A DNA stretch of 64,000 bases, from positions 83,142,001 through 83,206,000 of the forward strand of contig OX597821.1 of NCBI GenBank assembly GCA_951406725.2, written 5' to 3'. The stretch's first letter is position 1. The number at the start of each line of letters is the position of its first letter. The DNA comes from Octopus vulgaris. Taxonomy: Eukaryota. Shown here piece by piece: positions 48,641 to 60,884 of this stretch. The notes beneath the pieces are model-generated. The model ran no database searches. It saw only the letters and a list, made by a program, of their open reading frames with translations, and was not told the DNA's origin. The position numbers and the translations under genes are program-made.

Positions 48641-48711
48641 GTTTAAGAACCCTTTGTTTCCAGCGACACTTAGACCAAGGGGATATTTTTTCATTAGAAC
48701 TGTAGAACAAG

Positions 48712-48860
48712 AACTCTTTCCCCCTGCATCTAACTCTTTCCCCCTGCATCTTGCAGGTAACCTGCGACGGACCGGCGTCCCGTTCAGGTAAGGAACCTAT
48801 ACGCCAAGGATACCGGGAAACCGGCTCTATGAACCAGGCATGGCTTGAGGAGGAACAAAC
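48712..48860 (+). mobile_element. SINE tail iii fragment
   Basis: cctgcatcttgcagg..cctgcgacggaccggcgtcccgttcagg..ggaacctatacgccaagga.accgggaaaccggc matches 9298-9400. Confidence 0.75.
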
Positions 48861-48888
48861 ATATATATATGTATGTATATAAAATGTA

Positions 48889-49788
48889 CAGGGTGTCCCA
48901 AAAGTAACTGATGGGTTTCAATTTTTAATAACTCCCTTAACTTTACAAATAAATGCAGGAAATTTTGATACAATATAAAGGACATAATGGAAATTGATAT
49001 GCACAAGTCAAATTTTGCAACACCACTACATCACATATGTAAAAGGACATCATTTAAATGGCAGCCATTTTCGGCTTCGCACACCCATACTCTTTCCAAA
49101 AGTTGCACCATAATGCCTTTAAAAGTTTCAGACCCCTTCTCTGATTTCTGTATTGGTGTTCTCCTTCAATTGCACCAGGGTCTCTGATTTGTTGACGTAA
49201 ACCCTCTCTTTCAGGTATCCCCATAAGAAAAAATCCGGGCTAGTCAAGTCTGGGGAATGTGAAGGCCAGTTGACATTGGCATAGAGGGAGATAGTTCTCT
49301 CTCCAAAGCACTGCCGCAGCAACTGCATTGTTTGTTTTTGTTTTGTTTTTTGGGTTTTTTTCGGTATGAGCAGATGCTCCATCTTACTGGAACCATCCGT
49401 GAGGTCTGCTTTGAATGGCCGTGCGCAAAAAGGTCTTAATCATGGTTCTGTACCATTCTCCAGTCACTGTGACAGCATTTCCTTCATCGTTCTCAAAGAA
49501 ACGAGGACCGATAACTTCATCTGCTGTCAATCCACACCATACAGTGCACATTACAGGGTGCAGTTCTCGTTGCTGTACTGTTCTCGGGTTCTCAGAGCCC
49601 CCAGAAGGGCAATTTTGTTTGTTGATGAACCCATCCAAACGAATACACAACAGTCTGAAAAGAGAAGGAAAAGGTTAAATAACTAATTTCCATAATGTTC
49701 TTTATATTGTATTACAATTTTATGCATTTATTTGTAAAGTTAAGGAAGTTATTAAAAAATTGAAACCCGTCAGTGACTTTTGGGACAC

Positions 49789-49792
<4 letters not shown>
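48889..49792 (-). mobile_element. Internally deleted Tc1/mariner element, rosa (DD41D)-like
   Basis: ~110-bp TIRs cagggtgtcccaaaagt.actga.gggtttcaatttt with TA TSD; DGFINKQNC, TVWCGL, IGP.FFE, WFQ*DGA, NWPSHSPDLTSPDFFLWGYLK. Confidence 0.9.
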
Positions 49793-49828
<36 letters not shown>

Positions 49829-50013
49829 ACATTCGTCTTTATTTGCTCCAGCCGAAATTGCGAGGATAATCTGGTTCTTGACTGAAGATAGAAAACTTTG
49901 AATGACCCGTCTTTATTTCCTTTGTACCGTCTATCTGGATGTTTTGCTGTCCCTTTTTGTATCATCTAGTTGTCCGGATGTTTTGCGTTCTTGTCCCATT
50001 TTGTATTTTACAC

Positions 50014-50093
<80 letters not shown>

Positions 50094-50672
50094 GGACAGA
50101 CAGACGCAAGTCAAATGGGCTCCACGTAAGTTGGTATTTTTATACGTTCAAAAGTGTATATTGACAAATATTTTGTGTTTAAAAGTTGTGCAACAACATC
50201 CACTGCAAACCTTTGATAAATATCTACACAAAATTTTGCCCCTTGCGGGCAAAATTAAAAAAAACAATTCTCATAGCCTTCGTGGTTTCATTTAGCCATT
50301 TTAACTTCAAAAATGGCCACTGGTCACCACGAGGCTGAGGTGCAAGTCAAGCGTGACGCAGAGACAGAAAAACAGGATGCTCTGTTAGCATACGCTGAAC
50401 CTGACAACAACACCACCTCCACCACCATCAACATCGACAACAGCAACAAATACAAAACAAAGGTCGCAAGGCCAAGCACCGTCAACACCATCAGTGAGTC
50501 CACCACCAACACCGACAACAACACCATGGCAGAATCTGCTACTAAAACTGCTATCTCTGCTAAAGACATCGCCACCAATAACAATACCAACATCACCATC
50601 ACCGCCACCAAAGACCGTGCCGTCAATGCTACTAATACCACTAACACCACCGCCGTCACCAAGAACGACAAT

Positions 50673-50710
<38 letters not shown>

Positions 50711-52649
50711 CGACGACGACAACAACAATTCCCTTCAACCACTGCTCACTCCATCACCAACAAGTGAAAAAATAACGACGACAAGCAAACGAAATGCCGA
50801 AATTTGCGCTAATGCAGGACTAAATTACGCAGGCAATTTTCCACCCCTTGCTAGTTGCATAATCAGCAACCACAAACCTACAACCCACAACCCTGCCATC
50901 AACACCAACACCACCGGCAGTAACAACAATAACAAAACAACAACAAACTTCGCCGAGGCGATAAAAGAAAAGGTAACAAAAGTTTCGTTTACTACACAAC
51001 AGATTAAAGATTGCAGAAACCTTATTACAAATGAAAACGGAAAAATACTCTTACACATACTTCAAGACATACTGAATGAGGAGAAAAAAAAAGACAATTG
51101 TATATAAAATCACAAATAAAAAAACTAAAAGTCCAGAAAAGGCAAGCACAGACAAAGTCGAAAAGTGCTTACGCCCCATCTGGGGATACAAGGATTATGT
51201 GACGTACAGGTGGTTTTTCAGAATGAAGAGTTGGCGAAGAAATTCTCAACGATAACCCTTCATTCTGATGAACTAACGATGACACCGAGTTACCTCGGCC
51301 AGAAGGTGACGAAGGTCATTATCAGTGGTGTCCCCCAAGTGACTACAACACTGTGGATAACATCCGCCTTAACATCCGAAATGGAGGACTTAAACATCCT
51401 AGATATCGGTGTTTCGAAAAACAAGGACTGGCTGGGAAAGAGAATAGAGTTCCTCTTCCACATAAGTCAAGACGACATCAACAAAATCCCCACCCACGTA
51501 CATCTTGAGGATGGCCGCAAGTTATACGTAGTAGTCGAGGGCAGAAGGCCACGATGCTATACATGTGGCAGTGAGGCACACCTCAAAAAGGAGTGCAAAT
51601 CTGCCGCAAAATCACAACAACAACAACAGCCACATGAAAAATCACAAAAGCCAGCATTATTGTCCACACCACAATATGGACAGCTAGTCAAGAAGCTGTA
51701 TGCGGAAATGCAGGAAAAACAACAAAGAACAAGCCAACCCAACCAAACAACACCAACACCAGCGCCAAGAACAGAATCATCACCACCAACAACAAATAAA
51801 CCAATTCCAACACCAAGAATAACAACGAAGAAGACAAGCACCAAGGATGTAGGAGGGACAATAACCACAACAAACCCCCCAGCAACACCCTCCCCGCGCA
51901 CCACAACAATATCTACAACCGCACAAACACACCCAGACGCTTTACCCTTGCCCCCTGCTGATTCGTCAGACTTTTCATCTAACGATGAAAGTTCGACAGA
52001 ATGGCAAATAGCCACAGGGGTAAAAGAAAAAGATCAAGAAAAACCAAACAAGAAATCGCAACCAAAGCAGGGAGATACCTGAACCCTGAAAACTCCATAC
52101 ACAACAAAACAAGCACCAACACCACAAAAACAATGCTATCAGCGATAGACACCAAAGACTCCAAACTAATGGAGTACATCACAGGATACACAAACATTTG
52201 TGAAGATGACTTTAAAAATAGCAATCATCCACGCACTACACCACCCAAACACATCAAAATACTACACATCACACAAACACAACACCACAAACTCAAAGCC
52301 CTCTTCCCAAATGCTGTAGGGGGTTTCCAGAAATATCTGTCCCAAAAACTGTATAAAAACCTCCTCGAAGACACATCAAAGAACGAGGAAGCCAAAACTT
52401 TCGACACAAGTAAGTAACTCTCTGTACTTTCATTTTTGTGTTTTAAAGCACACACCCCAATAGAATCATGGTCAAGATTGGTTGACCCCCCCCTTTTTTG
52501 TCCTCTTTCTCTCTCCTTTTACGATCCCTTTTGATCGACCCCCCCTTTTTTTTATTTTTATTTTTTATTTTTTTTTACCTTCAAAAGAAAAGCTCTACCT
52601 TGTAATTTGTTCTATCTGTGTGCAGCCCTGTGTGGCTAATAAAGAAACA

Positions 52650-52650
<1 letters not shown>
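50094..52650 (+). mobile_element. ORF1-only Tx1-like non-autonomous retroelement between two (ATCT)n arrays
   Basis: 5' UTR, ORF1 in three frameshifted pieces, ~235-bp T-rich 3' UTR ending ggctaataaagaaa; no ORF2; (ATCT)n at 50014-50093 and 52651-52820. Confidence 0.75.
50313..52417 (+). pseudogene. Gag-like ORF1 with a CCHC zinc knuckle (ORFs 50313-51107, 51165-52082, 52001-52417)
   Basis: VVVEGRRPRCYTCGSEAHLKKEC (CX2CX4HX4C); frame breaks at A-runs near 51085 and 52020; paralog at 33950-35179 precedes an APE endonuclease. Confidence 0.8.
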
Positions 52651-52708
<58 letters not shown>

Positions 52709-52709
52709 A

Positions 52710-52822
<113 letters not shown>

Positions 52823-52839
52823 ATATATATATATATATA

Positions 52840-53088
52840 TTGAGCAAGGCACTTTATTTCACGTTGCTCCAGTTCACTCAGCTGTAGAAATGAGTTGCGA
52901 CGTCACAGGTGCCAAGCTGTATCGGCCCTTGCCTTTCCCTTGGACAACATCGGTGACGTGGAGAGGGGAGGCTGGTATGCATGGGCGACTGCTGGTCTTC
53001 CATAAAACAACCTTGCCCAGACTTGTGCCTCAGAGGGTATCTCTCTAGGTGCAAACCCATGGTCAGTGCCTGACCGAAGGGGGTCTTT
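52840..53088 (+). mobile_element. SINE family 4 core + tail iv (5'-truncated)
   Basis: ttgagcaaggcactttatttcacgttgctccagttcactcagctgtagaaatgagt followed by a tail not seen in the other copies. Confidence 0.7.
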
Positions 53089-53257
53089 ATATATATATAT
53101 ATGTATGTATGTGTGTGTACGCATGTATGTATGTATATATATGTGTGTCTATGTGTGCGTATGTATGTATGTATGTATATATGTGTGTCTATCTGTGCGT
53201 ATGTATGTATGTATGTATGTATGTATGTATGTATGTATGTATGTATGGATGTATGTA

Positions 53258-53288
<31 letters not shown>

Positions 53289-54368
53289 CCACGCGCATGT
53301 GCGTGTGTAGGTTCCCTAGCACGGGTAGATCAGCGCGGTTAATATTGCTCTTGAATGAGGTTAATGTTTTTCTTGTGTTATCCCTAAGCAAAGAGGAGGA
53401 GGATAACACAATCACGCCAACACAAAGGCACGCGTTAGTGCATACATTCTCCTATAAACTTCCTCAACAAACTTTAAAAAAACGTTGTTAATCCCAAGGA
53501 ACAAATAAAAAGAAATTTTTTCGCACGCACACGCATGGTTTACTTGATTAGAAACCCTGCCCAACCCATTCCACTCAGTTTATATATGTATTTTATTTCA
53601 TTTTCATTCAAGCTAAGCATTCCATCGACATACGTTTGTTTCCTGTTTTCCTTTTTTCTTTTCTTAGTGGTAAACCTCCCAACTTGAACTCAATGAATTC
53701 GAGTTTATAGTGTTAACATTTTTTTGCTTTTGTTTCCTCGTTAAGTAGTCATGAAGAGAGATATAGATATATATGTTATTTCCCCCTCTCACTCCTTTAT
53801 CTATTTATCTCTGCCTAATTTCACCTAGTCCCACACTTCGCAATCCCCCTCTCTCTCTCTCTCTCTCTTTCTCCACGTACACCTACACACATTTTATTCT
53901 GAAGACGACTACAGGTGTAACTGAAACGCTTTTTGACACCTCTATTCATCTTCATTACACCCCCATCGTTGCACTAAAGTAACGAGTCGGTTGAAAACCC
54001 AATCGGCTCAGTATCAAAGCTGCCGACATTTATAAAAGTGGAGAACAATGTGTGGATCAGTTGAAGAAAGCTACTGCTGTATGCGATAGTAATCGAAGAG
54101 GAACAACCAGATGTGATACACAGGACATATCTCCATAGTATCGATGCATCATAAATTATACATATCCCCAATTTTTTCCACCATTACAGTAACTTGGGAC
54201 TTATGAAAAGAAAGCTCTTTCTTATTTTACATTATATTATTTTACAAAGACTAACTCTAAGTCTGGTAACGAACTAATATGTTTGAGACAAACTTCAGAA
54301 AATGTTTTAGACGGGTAAAGGATTAACGGTTTTGTGGTTTATTTTGGATACAAATATTTGTCAGTTTT

Positions 54369-54572
54369 CTACTCTTTTACTCTTTTACTTGTTTCAGTCA
54401 TTTGACTGCGGCCATGCTGGAGCACCGCCTTTAGTCGAGCAACTCGACCCCGGGACTTATACTTTGTAAGCCTAGTACTTATTCTATCGGTCTCTTTTGC
54501 CGAACCGCTAAGTGACGGGGACGCAAACACACCAGCATCAGTCGTCAAGCAATGCTAGGGGGACAAACACAG

Positions 54573-54622
<50 letters not shown>

Positions 54623-54779
54623 GACAGGCTTCCTTCAGTTTCCGCCTACCAAATTCACTCACAAAGCATTGGTCGGCCTGGGGCTATAGCAGAAGACACT
54701 TGCCCAAGATGCCACACAGTGAGAGTGAACCCGGTACCATGTGGTTGGTTAGCAAGCTACTTACCACACAGCCACTCCT
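54369..54779 (-). mobile_element. SINE family 1, full length
   Basis: Reverse complement of the consensus. Confidence 0.9.
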
Positions 54780-55045
54780 AGTTTATGTTTCATTTATATA
54801 AATATTTACATTTCGTTATTTATTTGTTTAATGATGAATATAATTTCGGTTTATGTTTAGTTTTCGGGTATCATTTTGGGGGTTGTTTCCGGGTCATTCG
54901 GGTACGTAATTGAGGTTGCATTTGTGTTATTCCATACTCTGGCGATACTGTTGTTAATACTGGCCGCGTTACAAGTCCTTGCGCGCTGTTCACTGCTGGT
55001 GTGGCACGCTGGAAAGTCTGACGTCCTCACTGCTGCTGTCGTCCT

Positions 55046-55594
55046 CTTCTCCTCTTCTTCTTCTTCTTCTTCCTCCAATTCTTCTTCTTCTTCTTCTTCT
55101 TCTTCTTCCAACCAGGACTCACGCCATTAGCCACAAAGAATAATCTCTAATTCGAGCCTACTCTAAGCTACTAAGAATGCGTGTGGCAACTTGAAGATCC
55201 ACCCACCACACCCGATAGACTGGCGGTTGCACGGGCGCGAAAGCTACGTTGTTATCCTCATTCCGTAAACGATGGCTTTTAACGGGTGGAGAGCTGAACC
55301 ATGCTGGGGTACAGAGGATTCGCAATCTAGATTAGGGTCTGAAAGTTTACCTCACCATAGTGGGTTACACCATGGTTCCTCTGCTTTGTGGCAGAAGTAG
55401 GAAAAAAGAGTGAGAGAAAGTTGTGGTGAAAGAGTACAGCGGAGTTCACCTCCACCCCACCCAATCCCGTCGGAACGTCGTGGAGCTTTGGTGTTTTTGC
55501 ACAATAAATATTCACAATGCCCGGTCTGGGAATCGAAACCGCGTACTTACGACCGCGAATCCGCTGCCCTAACCACTGGACCATTGCCCCTCCA
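55046..55594 (-). mobile_element. SINE family 3 (head A + tail ii ending in (GAA)n)
   Basis: Head shared with 43089-43476; ~300-bp tail shared with 60312-60884. Confidence 0.88.
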
Positions 55595-55697
55595 CTGCTA
55601 CTGCTGTTGATGATGACCGTTCTTGTAGTGCTGGATCTGGAGGTATTGCTGCTAGTGCTGCTACGAAGAGAAGTGTTGCACAAGTTTATCGTGAGGT

Positions 55698-56110
55698 AGG
55701 CGTAGGAATGGTTGTGTGGTAAGTAGCTTGCTTACCAACCACATGGTTCCGGGTTCAGTACCACTGCGTGGCACCTTGAGCAAGTGTCTTCTACTATGGC
55801 CTCGGGCTGACCAAAGCCTTGTGAGTGGATTTGGTGGACGGAAACTGAAAGAAGCCCGTCGTATATATGTATATGTATATAAATATGTATGTGTGCGTGT
55901 ACGTGTGTGTGTTTGTCCCCCTAGCATTGCTTGACAACCGATGCTGGTGTATTTATGTCCCCGTCACTTAGCGGTTCGGCAAAAGAGACCGATAGAATAA
56001 GTACTGGGCTTACAAAGAATAAGTCCCGGGGTCGAGTGGCTCGATTGAAGGCGGTGCTCCAGCATGGCCGCAGTCAACTGACTGAAACAAGTAAAAGAGT
56101 AAAAGAGAGT
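55698..56110 (+). mobile_element. SINE family 1, full length
   Basis: Consensus head, internal microsatellite and tail. Confidence 0.9.
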
Positions 56111-56286
56111 AGGTCGGATGATGGTGGTTTCGATGACGTTATACAAGAGGACAAAACACATAATTACTCCGGTTTTCATAGAAATCGTTTTCCTGATTAT
56201 CATTTGAGTCTGCCACTGCACGTACAAATATATTTTCCAATAGTTTTTCTTATAATTAATTCGTTTTGAAATCGCGTGTTGAAACA

Positions 56287-56565
56287 GATGTCATTATTTT
56301 TTTGCCAAATAAACACACGCACCATATACTTTTCTTCACTCGTTTATTACTGTTCTTATTTTATTATTTTAACTTATGTCCATGGAGTAAGTGGAGCAGG
56401 AGCACACACGAAAGCGAAAAGTGTCGCTGAAGAGGTCACAGATGTGTAGCAAAAAGTTTCCGGACAATGGACATGAGTTAAAATAATAAAATAAGAACAG
56501 AAATAAACGAGTGAAGAAAAAATACATAGTGCATGTGTTTATTTGGCAAAAAAAAAAATGGCCAT
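56287..56565. mobile_element. Palindromic MITE
   Basis: ~97-bp inverted arms tttgccaaataaacac..cttcactcgtttatt..gttcttattttattattttaact.atgtccat, ~80-bp spacer. Confidence 0.8.
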
Positions 56566-56659
56566 CCCGAAATACAACAATATTTTTTTTATAATTAAAC
56601 AAAATCTACTCCATTAAAGGGGTAAAAAAAAACTCCGAACAAAAAAAAAATGAAATGAA

Positions 56660-57100
56660 GATGGCTGCGTGGTTAAGAAGCTTGCTTTAGGAAGACTGAT
56701 TTTACGTTCAGTCCCATTGCACGACACCTTGGGCAAGTGACTTCTGCTATAATTCCGGGCAAACAAACCCTTGTGAGTGAATTTAGTCGATGGAAAATAT
56801 GTAGAAGCCATTCCTACTCCTGCACACAGACACACGCGCGCGCGCGCGCATGTGTGTGTGTGTGTGTGTGTGTGTCATTGTATCTGCGTTTCCCCCTTCC
56901 CATACCGCTTGACAACCGGCGCTGGTTTCTTTAGGTACCAGTAACTTAGCAGTTCGGCAAAAGAAAAAATTGAATAAGTACCAGACTTGAAAAAAATAAA
57001 AATAAATAAGTACCAGAAGCGATTTGTCCGATTAAAATCCGCCAAGGCGGTGCTCCAGCATAGCCGCAGTCAAACGACTGAATCAAATAAAACACAAAAC
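56660..57100 (+). mobile_element. SINE family 1, diverged
   Basis: ggctgcgtggttaagaagcttgc..caccttgggcaagtg..aaggcggtgctccagcat. Confidence 0.8.
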
Positions 57101-57399
57101 ATAAAATATGACACGTGGTCAGTTCCGTAGTAAATTGCTCAACGTAGATGAAACGGAGGCAGCTTTTGCGGTCTCAGCAGAATCTCTGAGTGATCGCCGA
57201 CCGGTGTTATCACAGATCAATACGTGATAAGTGTAATGCGGTTCACAATTGAGCGTACTATGTTATTCAGGACCAGCGATGAATGAATCAGTGCTAAATG
57301 AGGATAGATGTAATGTAAAACATGCGAGGATGTTTGTTTATGTATGTGTGTGTGTGTGTGTACACTAAAGAGAGAGGGGGTCGCAAAAGAAATAATTGA

Positions 57400-57815
57400 T
57401 AGGAGTGTCTGTGTGGTGAGTAGCTTGCTTACGATTCACATGGTTCCGGGTTCAGTCCCACTGCATGGCACCTTGGACAAGTGTCTTCTACTGTAGCCTC
57501 GGGCCAATCAAAGCCTCGTGAGTGGATTTGGTAGACGGAAGCTAAAAAGAAGCCTGTCGTATAAATGTATATATGTATATGTATATGTATGTGTGTGCGT
57601 ATATATGTTTGTGTGTCTGTGCTTGTCCCCCCAACATCGCTTGACAACCAATGGTGGTGTGTTCACGTCCCCGTAACTTAGCGGTTCGGCAAAAGAGATC
57701 GATAGAATAAGTATAAGGCTTACAAAGAATAAGACCTGGGGTCGATTTGTTCGACTAAAGGCTGTGCTCCAGCATGGGCACAGTCAAATGACTGAAACAA
57801 GTAAAAGAGTAAAAG
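57400..57815 (+). mobile_element. SINE family 1
   Basis: Consensus head and tail. Confidence 0.88.
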
Positions 57816-57858
57816 GCAAGAACAAGTTAAAAATGTATGAAAAAAAGAGCAGATTCCT

Positions 57859-58402
57859 TCACTCGCCAACAAGTATGTTCTGACAGTATGTTCCACGTTT
57901 TCGCAAATTATCTCAAGTGCTTATGTAGTAGTAACCAGATACAGATATTCCCATCCATGACCCGGCGGAAAATCCAGAGTATGATATCTAGAAGGCCAGA
58001 GGACTGTATCATCATTCAGCAGGTACTCGTGTTTGCTGAATATATCCTGGAGCAATGTAAAATGAAACTCCTTCTTCGGAATACACTACGCGGCCCGATT
58101 CAGGGATCGAAGACATCTTATGATTGTGTATCACTCGCCAACAAGTATGTTCTGACAGTATGTTCCACGTTTTCGCAAATTATCTCAAGTGCTTATGTAG
58201 TAGTAACCAGATACAGATATTCCCATCCATGACCCGGCGGAAAATCCAGAGTATGATATCTAGAAGGCCAGAGGACTGTATCATCATTCAGCAGGTACTC
58301 GTGTTTGCTGAATATATCCTGGAGCAATGTAAAATGAAACTCCTTCTTCGGAATACACTACGCGGCCCGATTCAGGGATCGAAGACATCTTATGATTGTG
58401 TA
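57859..58402. repeat. Tandem duplication of a 272-bp unit
   Basis: 57859-58130 appears identical to 58131-58402. Confidence 0.95.
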
Positions 58403-58859
58403 TCCCCCTCCCCCCCAAAAAAACCCACTAGGCCTTCACGGTTAAAGAGCCGTTAAAATTAGCCGAAGTGCATATATCGTTCTTCCGGCCGCTGCTTGGT
58501 TGAATTTTAGTGACATTTGATATTTATTGTGCTTCTAACATATCATGTCAAGAAGAGATGTTATCTTAGGACAAATACCGCAGAAACTGGCCTAATAACG
58601 GGGTATATACATTAAGCATGATACTTAGCTATAAATAAATTCCCCTTCCCACAAAGATGTGGGTAACTGCCAGCTAGAAGGACCAGGGCACTACACCATT
58701 GCAATCAGCTTTCTCTCCCGGCATTCCTACTCTTCTCCTTACTGGAATCTAGAGGCAGAATTTATGAATCAGCACCCTAAGGGTGCGAACCTATTTCGCC
58801 ATTTGCATCCGTCTTTGATCAAACTTGCTTGAGGAGAGAAACCCTGCGCCCCTAGCATC

Positions 58860-59450
58860 TGTTTGCCTGTCTGTCTGTCTCTCTCTCTTACTCCACCTCT
58901 CTCTCACTTTCTCTACCTCCTTCTTTTTCTCCACCTCTCTCTTTCTCTTCCGCCACCTCTCTTTCTCTTCCTCCACTTCTCTCTCTTTCTCCACCTCTCT
59001 CTCTCTCTTTCTCCACCTCTCTCTCTCTCTTTCTCCACCTCTCTCTCTCTCTTTCTCCACCTCTCTCTCTCTCTTTCTTCATCTCTCTCTCTTTCTCCAC
59101 CTCTTTCTCTCTCTTTCTTCATCTCTCTCTCTCTTTCTTCACCTCTCTCTCACTTTCTCTACCACTCTCTCTTTCTCTACCTCCTTCTTTTTCTCCACCT
59201 CTCTCTTTCTCTTCCTCCACCTCTCTCTCTTTCTCCACCTCTCTCTCTCTTTCTTTTCCTCTCTCTCTCTCTTTTTTCATCTCTCTCTCTCTTTCTCCAC
59301 CTCTCTCTCTTTCTTCACCTCTCTCTCTCTTTCTCCACCGCTCTCTCTTTCTCCACCTCTTTCTTTTTCTTCCACCACCTCTCACTTTTTCTTCCTCCTC
59401 ATTCCCTCCTCCCCTTCCCCTCTCCCTCCTCCTCCCCTCTTCTTTCTCTT
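58860..59450. repeat. Polypyrimidine minisatellite (ctccacctctctctctcttt-like units)
   Basis: ~20-24-nt units repeated over ~590 bp, with a longer internal block repeated (~58900 and ~59140). Confidence 0.9.
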
Positions 59451-60080
59451 TTCGCTTGAAGAAGTTGACAAAGAGAGTTGGTGAGATCTGAATTACAAAA
59501 TTCCGATGAATTGAGGTTTCCCCACACAAAATCCAGGGAGCTGACATTCTAGGGACAGAAATACAAACCATTGGTTGAGTGTGACTCACCACACAGAGAG
59601 ACACCGAGACGAACTTAATGGAAGGAGAGACTCAAAGTAGCCGTTTCAAGTGCTAGAAATAACAACCAAATCTCCCTTGTGTTTAAAACAGAGAGAACAT
59701 ACTGGTTTGTGTAACTGGGGTACATACACCACGCTTGAAAAACAAAAGGATGGAATTGTCAAGATAGGAATCTCATTGATTGTGACTGTTTTCTTCGAAG
59801 GTCGTCCCGGGACTAAACAACAATAATACAGACAGATACAAGGTCACGGTTCATACATACTAAACATACATACACGTGTACGCGCGCGCGTGTGTGTGTG
59901 CTGCGACCTTGTATAAAGACAAACGAAAACATGTTTATTGTTGTCGTATAAATGTATGACCTTATGTGCAGGAAACCACTGCTGCTGATGATGATGTTTG
60001 GTTGTTGCTGATGAAGCTGGTATAATTTCCTTCACTATTCTCCCACCACCACTACCACCACCACCACCACCACCACCACC

Positions 60081-60141
<61 letters not shown>

Positions 60142-60311
60142 CATTCAACATCATGTTAAGCATTATCACTATCGTTAATTAGCGTAATTAAAATCTCCTT
60201 TATTATCAAATGCAGTACCACCACCATCAGCGCCACCTTCATTGTCACCGTCCTCGTTGTCGTTGTCGTCGTCGTCGACATCATCACCATCATTAACGTT
60301 GTCTTCGCTGT

Positions 60312-60884
60312 ATTCTTCTTCTTCTTCTTCTTCTTCTTCTTCTTCTTCTTCTTCTTCTTCTTCTTCTTCTTCTTCCTCCTCCTCCTCCTCCAGTCAGGAC
60401 TCACGCCATTAGCCACAAAGAGTAATCTCTAATTGGAGCCTACTCGTAAGTTACTAAGAATTCTTGTGGCAACTTAAAGATTCGCCCCACCACAGGCGAT
60501 AGGCTGGCGGTTGCATGGGCGCGAAAGCTACGTTGTTATCCTCATTCCGTAAACGGTGGCTTTTAACGGGTGGAGAGCTGAACCATCCTGGGGTACAGAG
60601 GATTCGCAATCTAGACTATGGTCTGAAAGTTTTACCACACCATAGTGAGTTACACCATGGTTCCTCTGCTTTGTGGCAGAAGTAGGAAAAAAGAGTGAGA
60701 GAAAGTTGTGGTGAAAGAGTACAGCTGGGTTCACCTCACCCAGCCCCACCCCATTCCCGCCGGAGCCTCGTGGAGCTTAGGTGTTTTTTGTTCAATAAAC
60801 ACTCACAATGCCCTGTCTGGGAATCGAAACCGCGTTCTTACGACCGCGAATCCGCTGCCCTAACCACTGGACCATTGCGCCTCC
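60312..60884 (-). mobile_element. SINE family 3 (head A + tail ii ending in (GAA)n)
   Basis: Colinear with 55046-55594. Confidence 0.88.

Noticed and set aside
56385-56465. cgaaa..ctgaaga hammerhead-like words in the MITE spacer
   Set aside because: The CUGAAGA overlaps the would-be stem III, the cleavage-site base would be G, and no downstream GAAA closes stem II.
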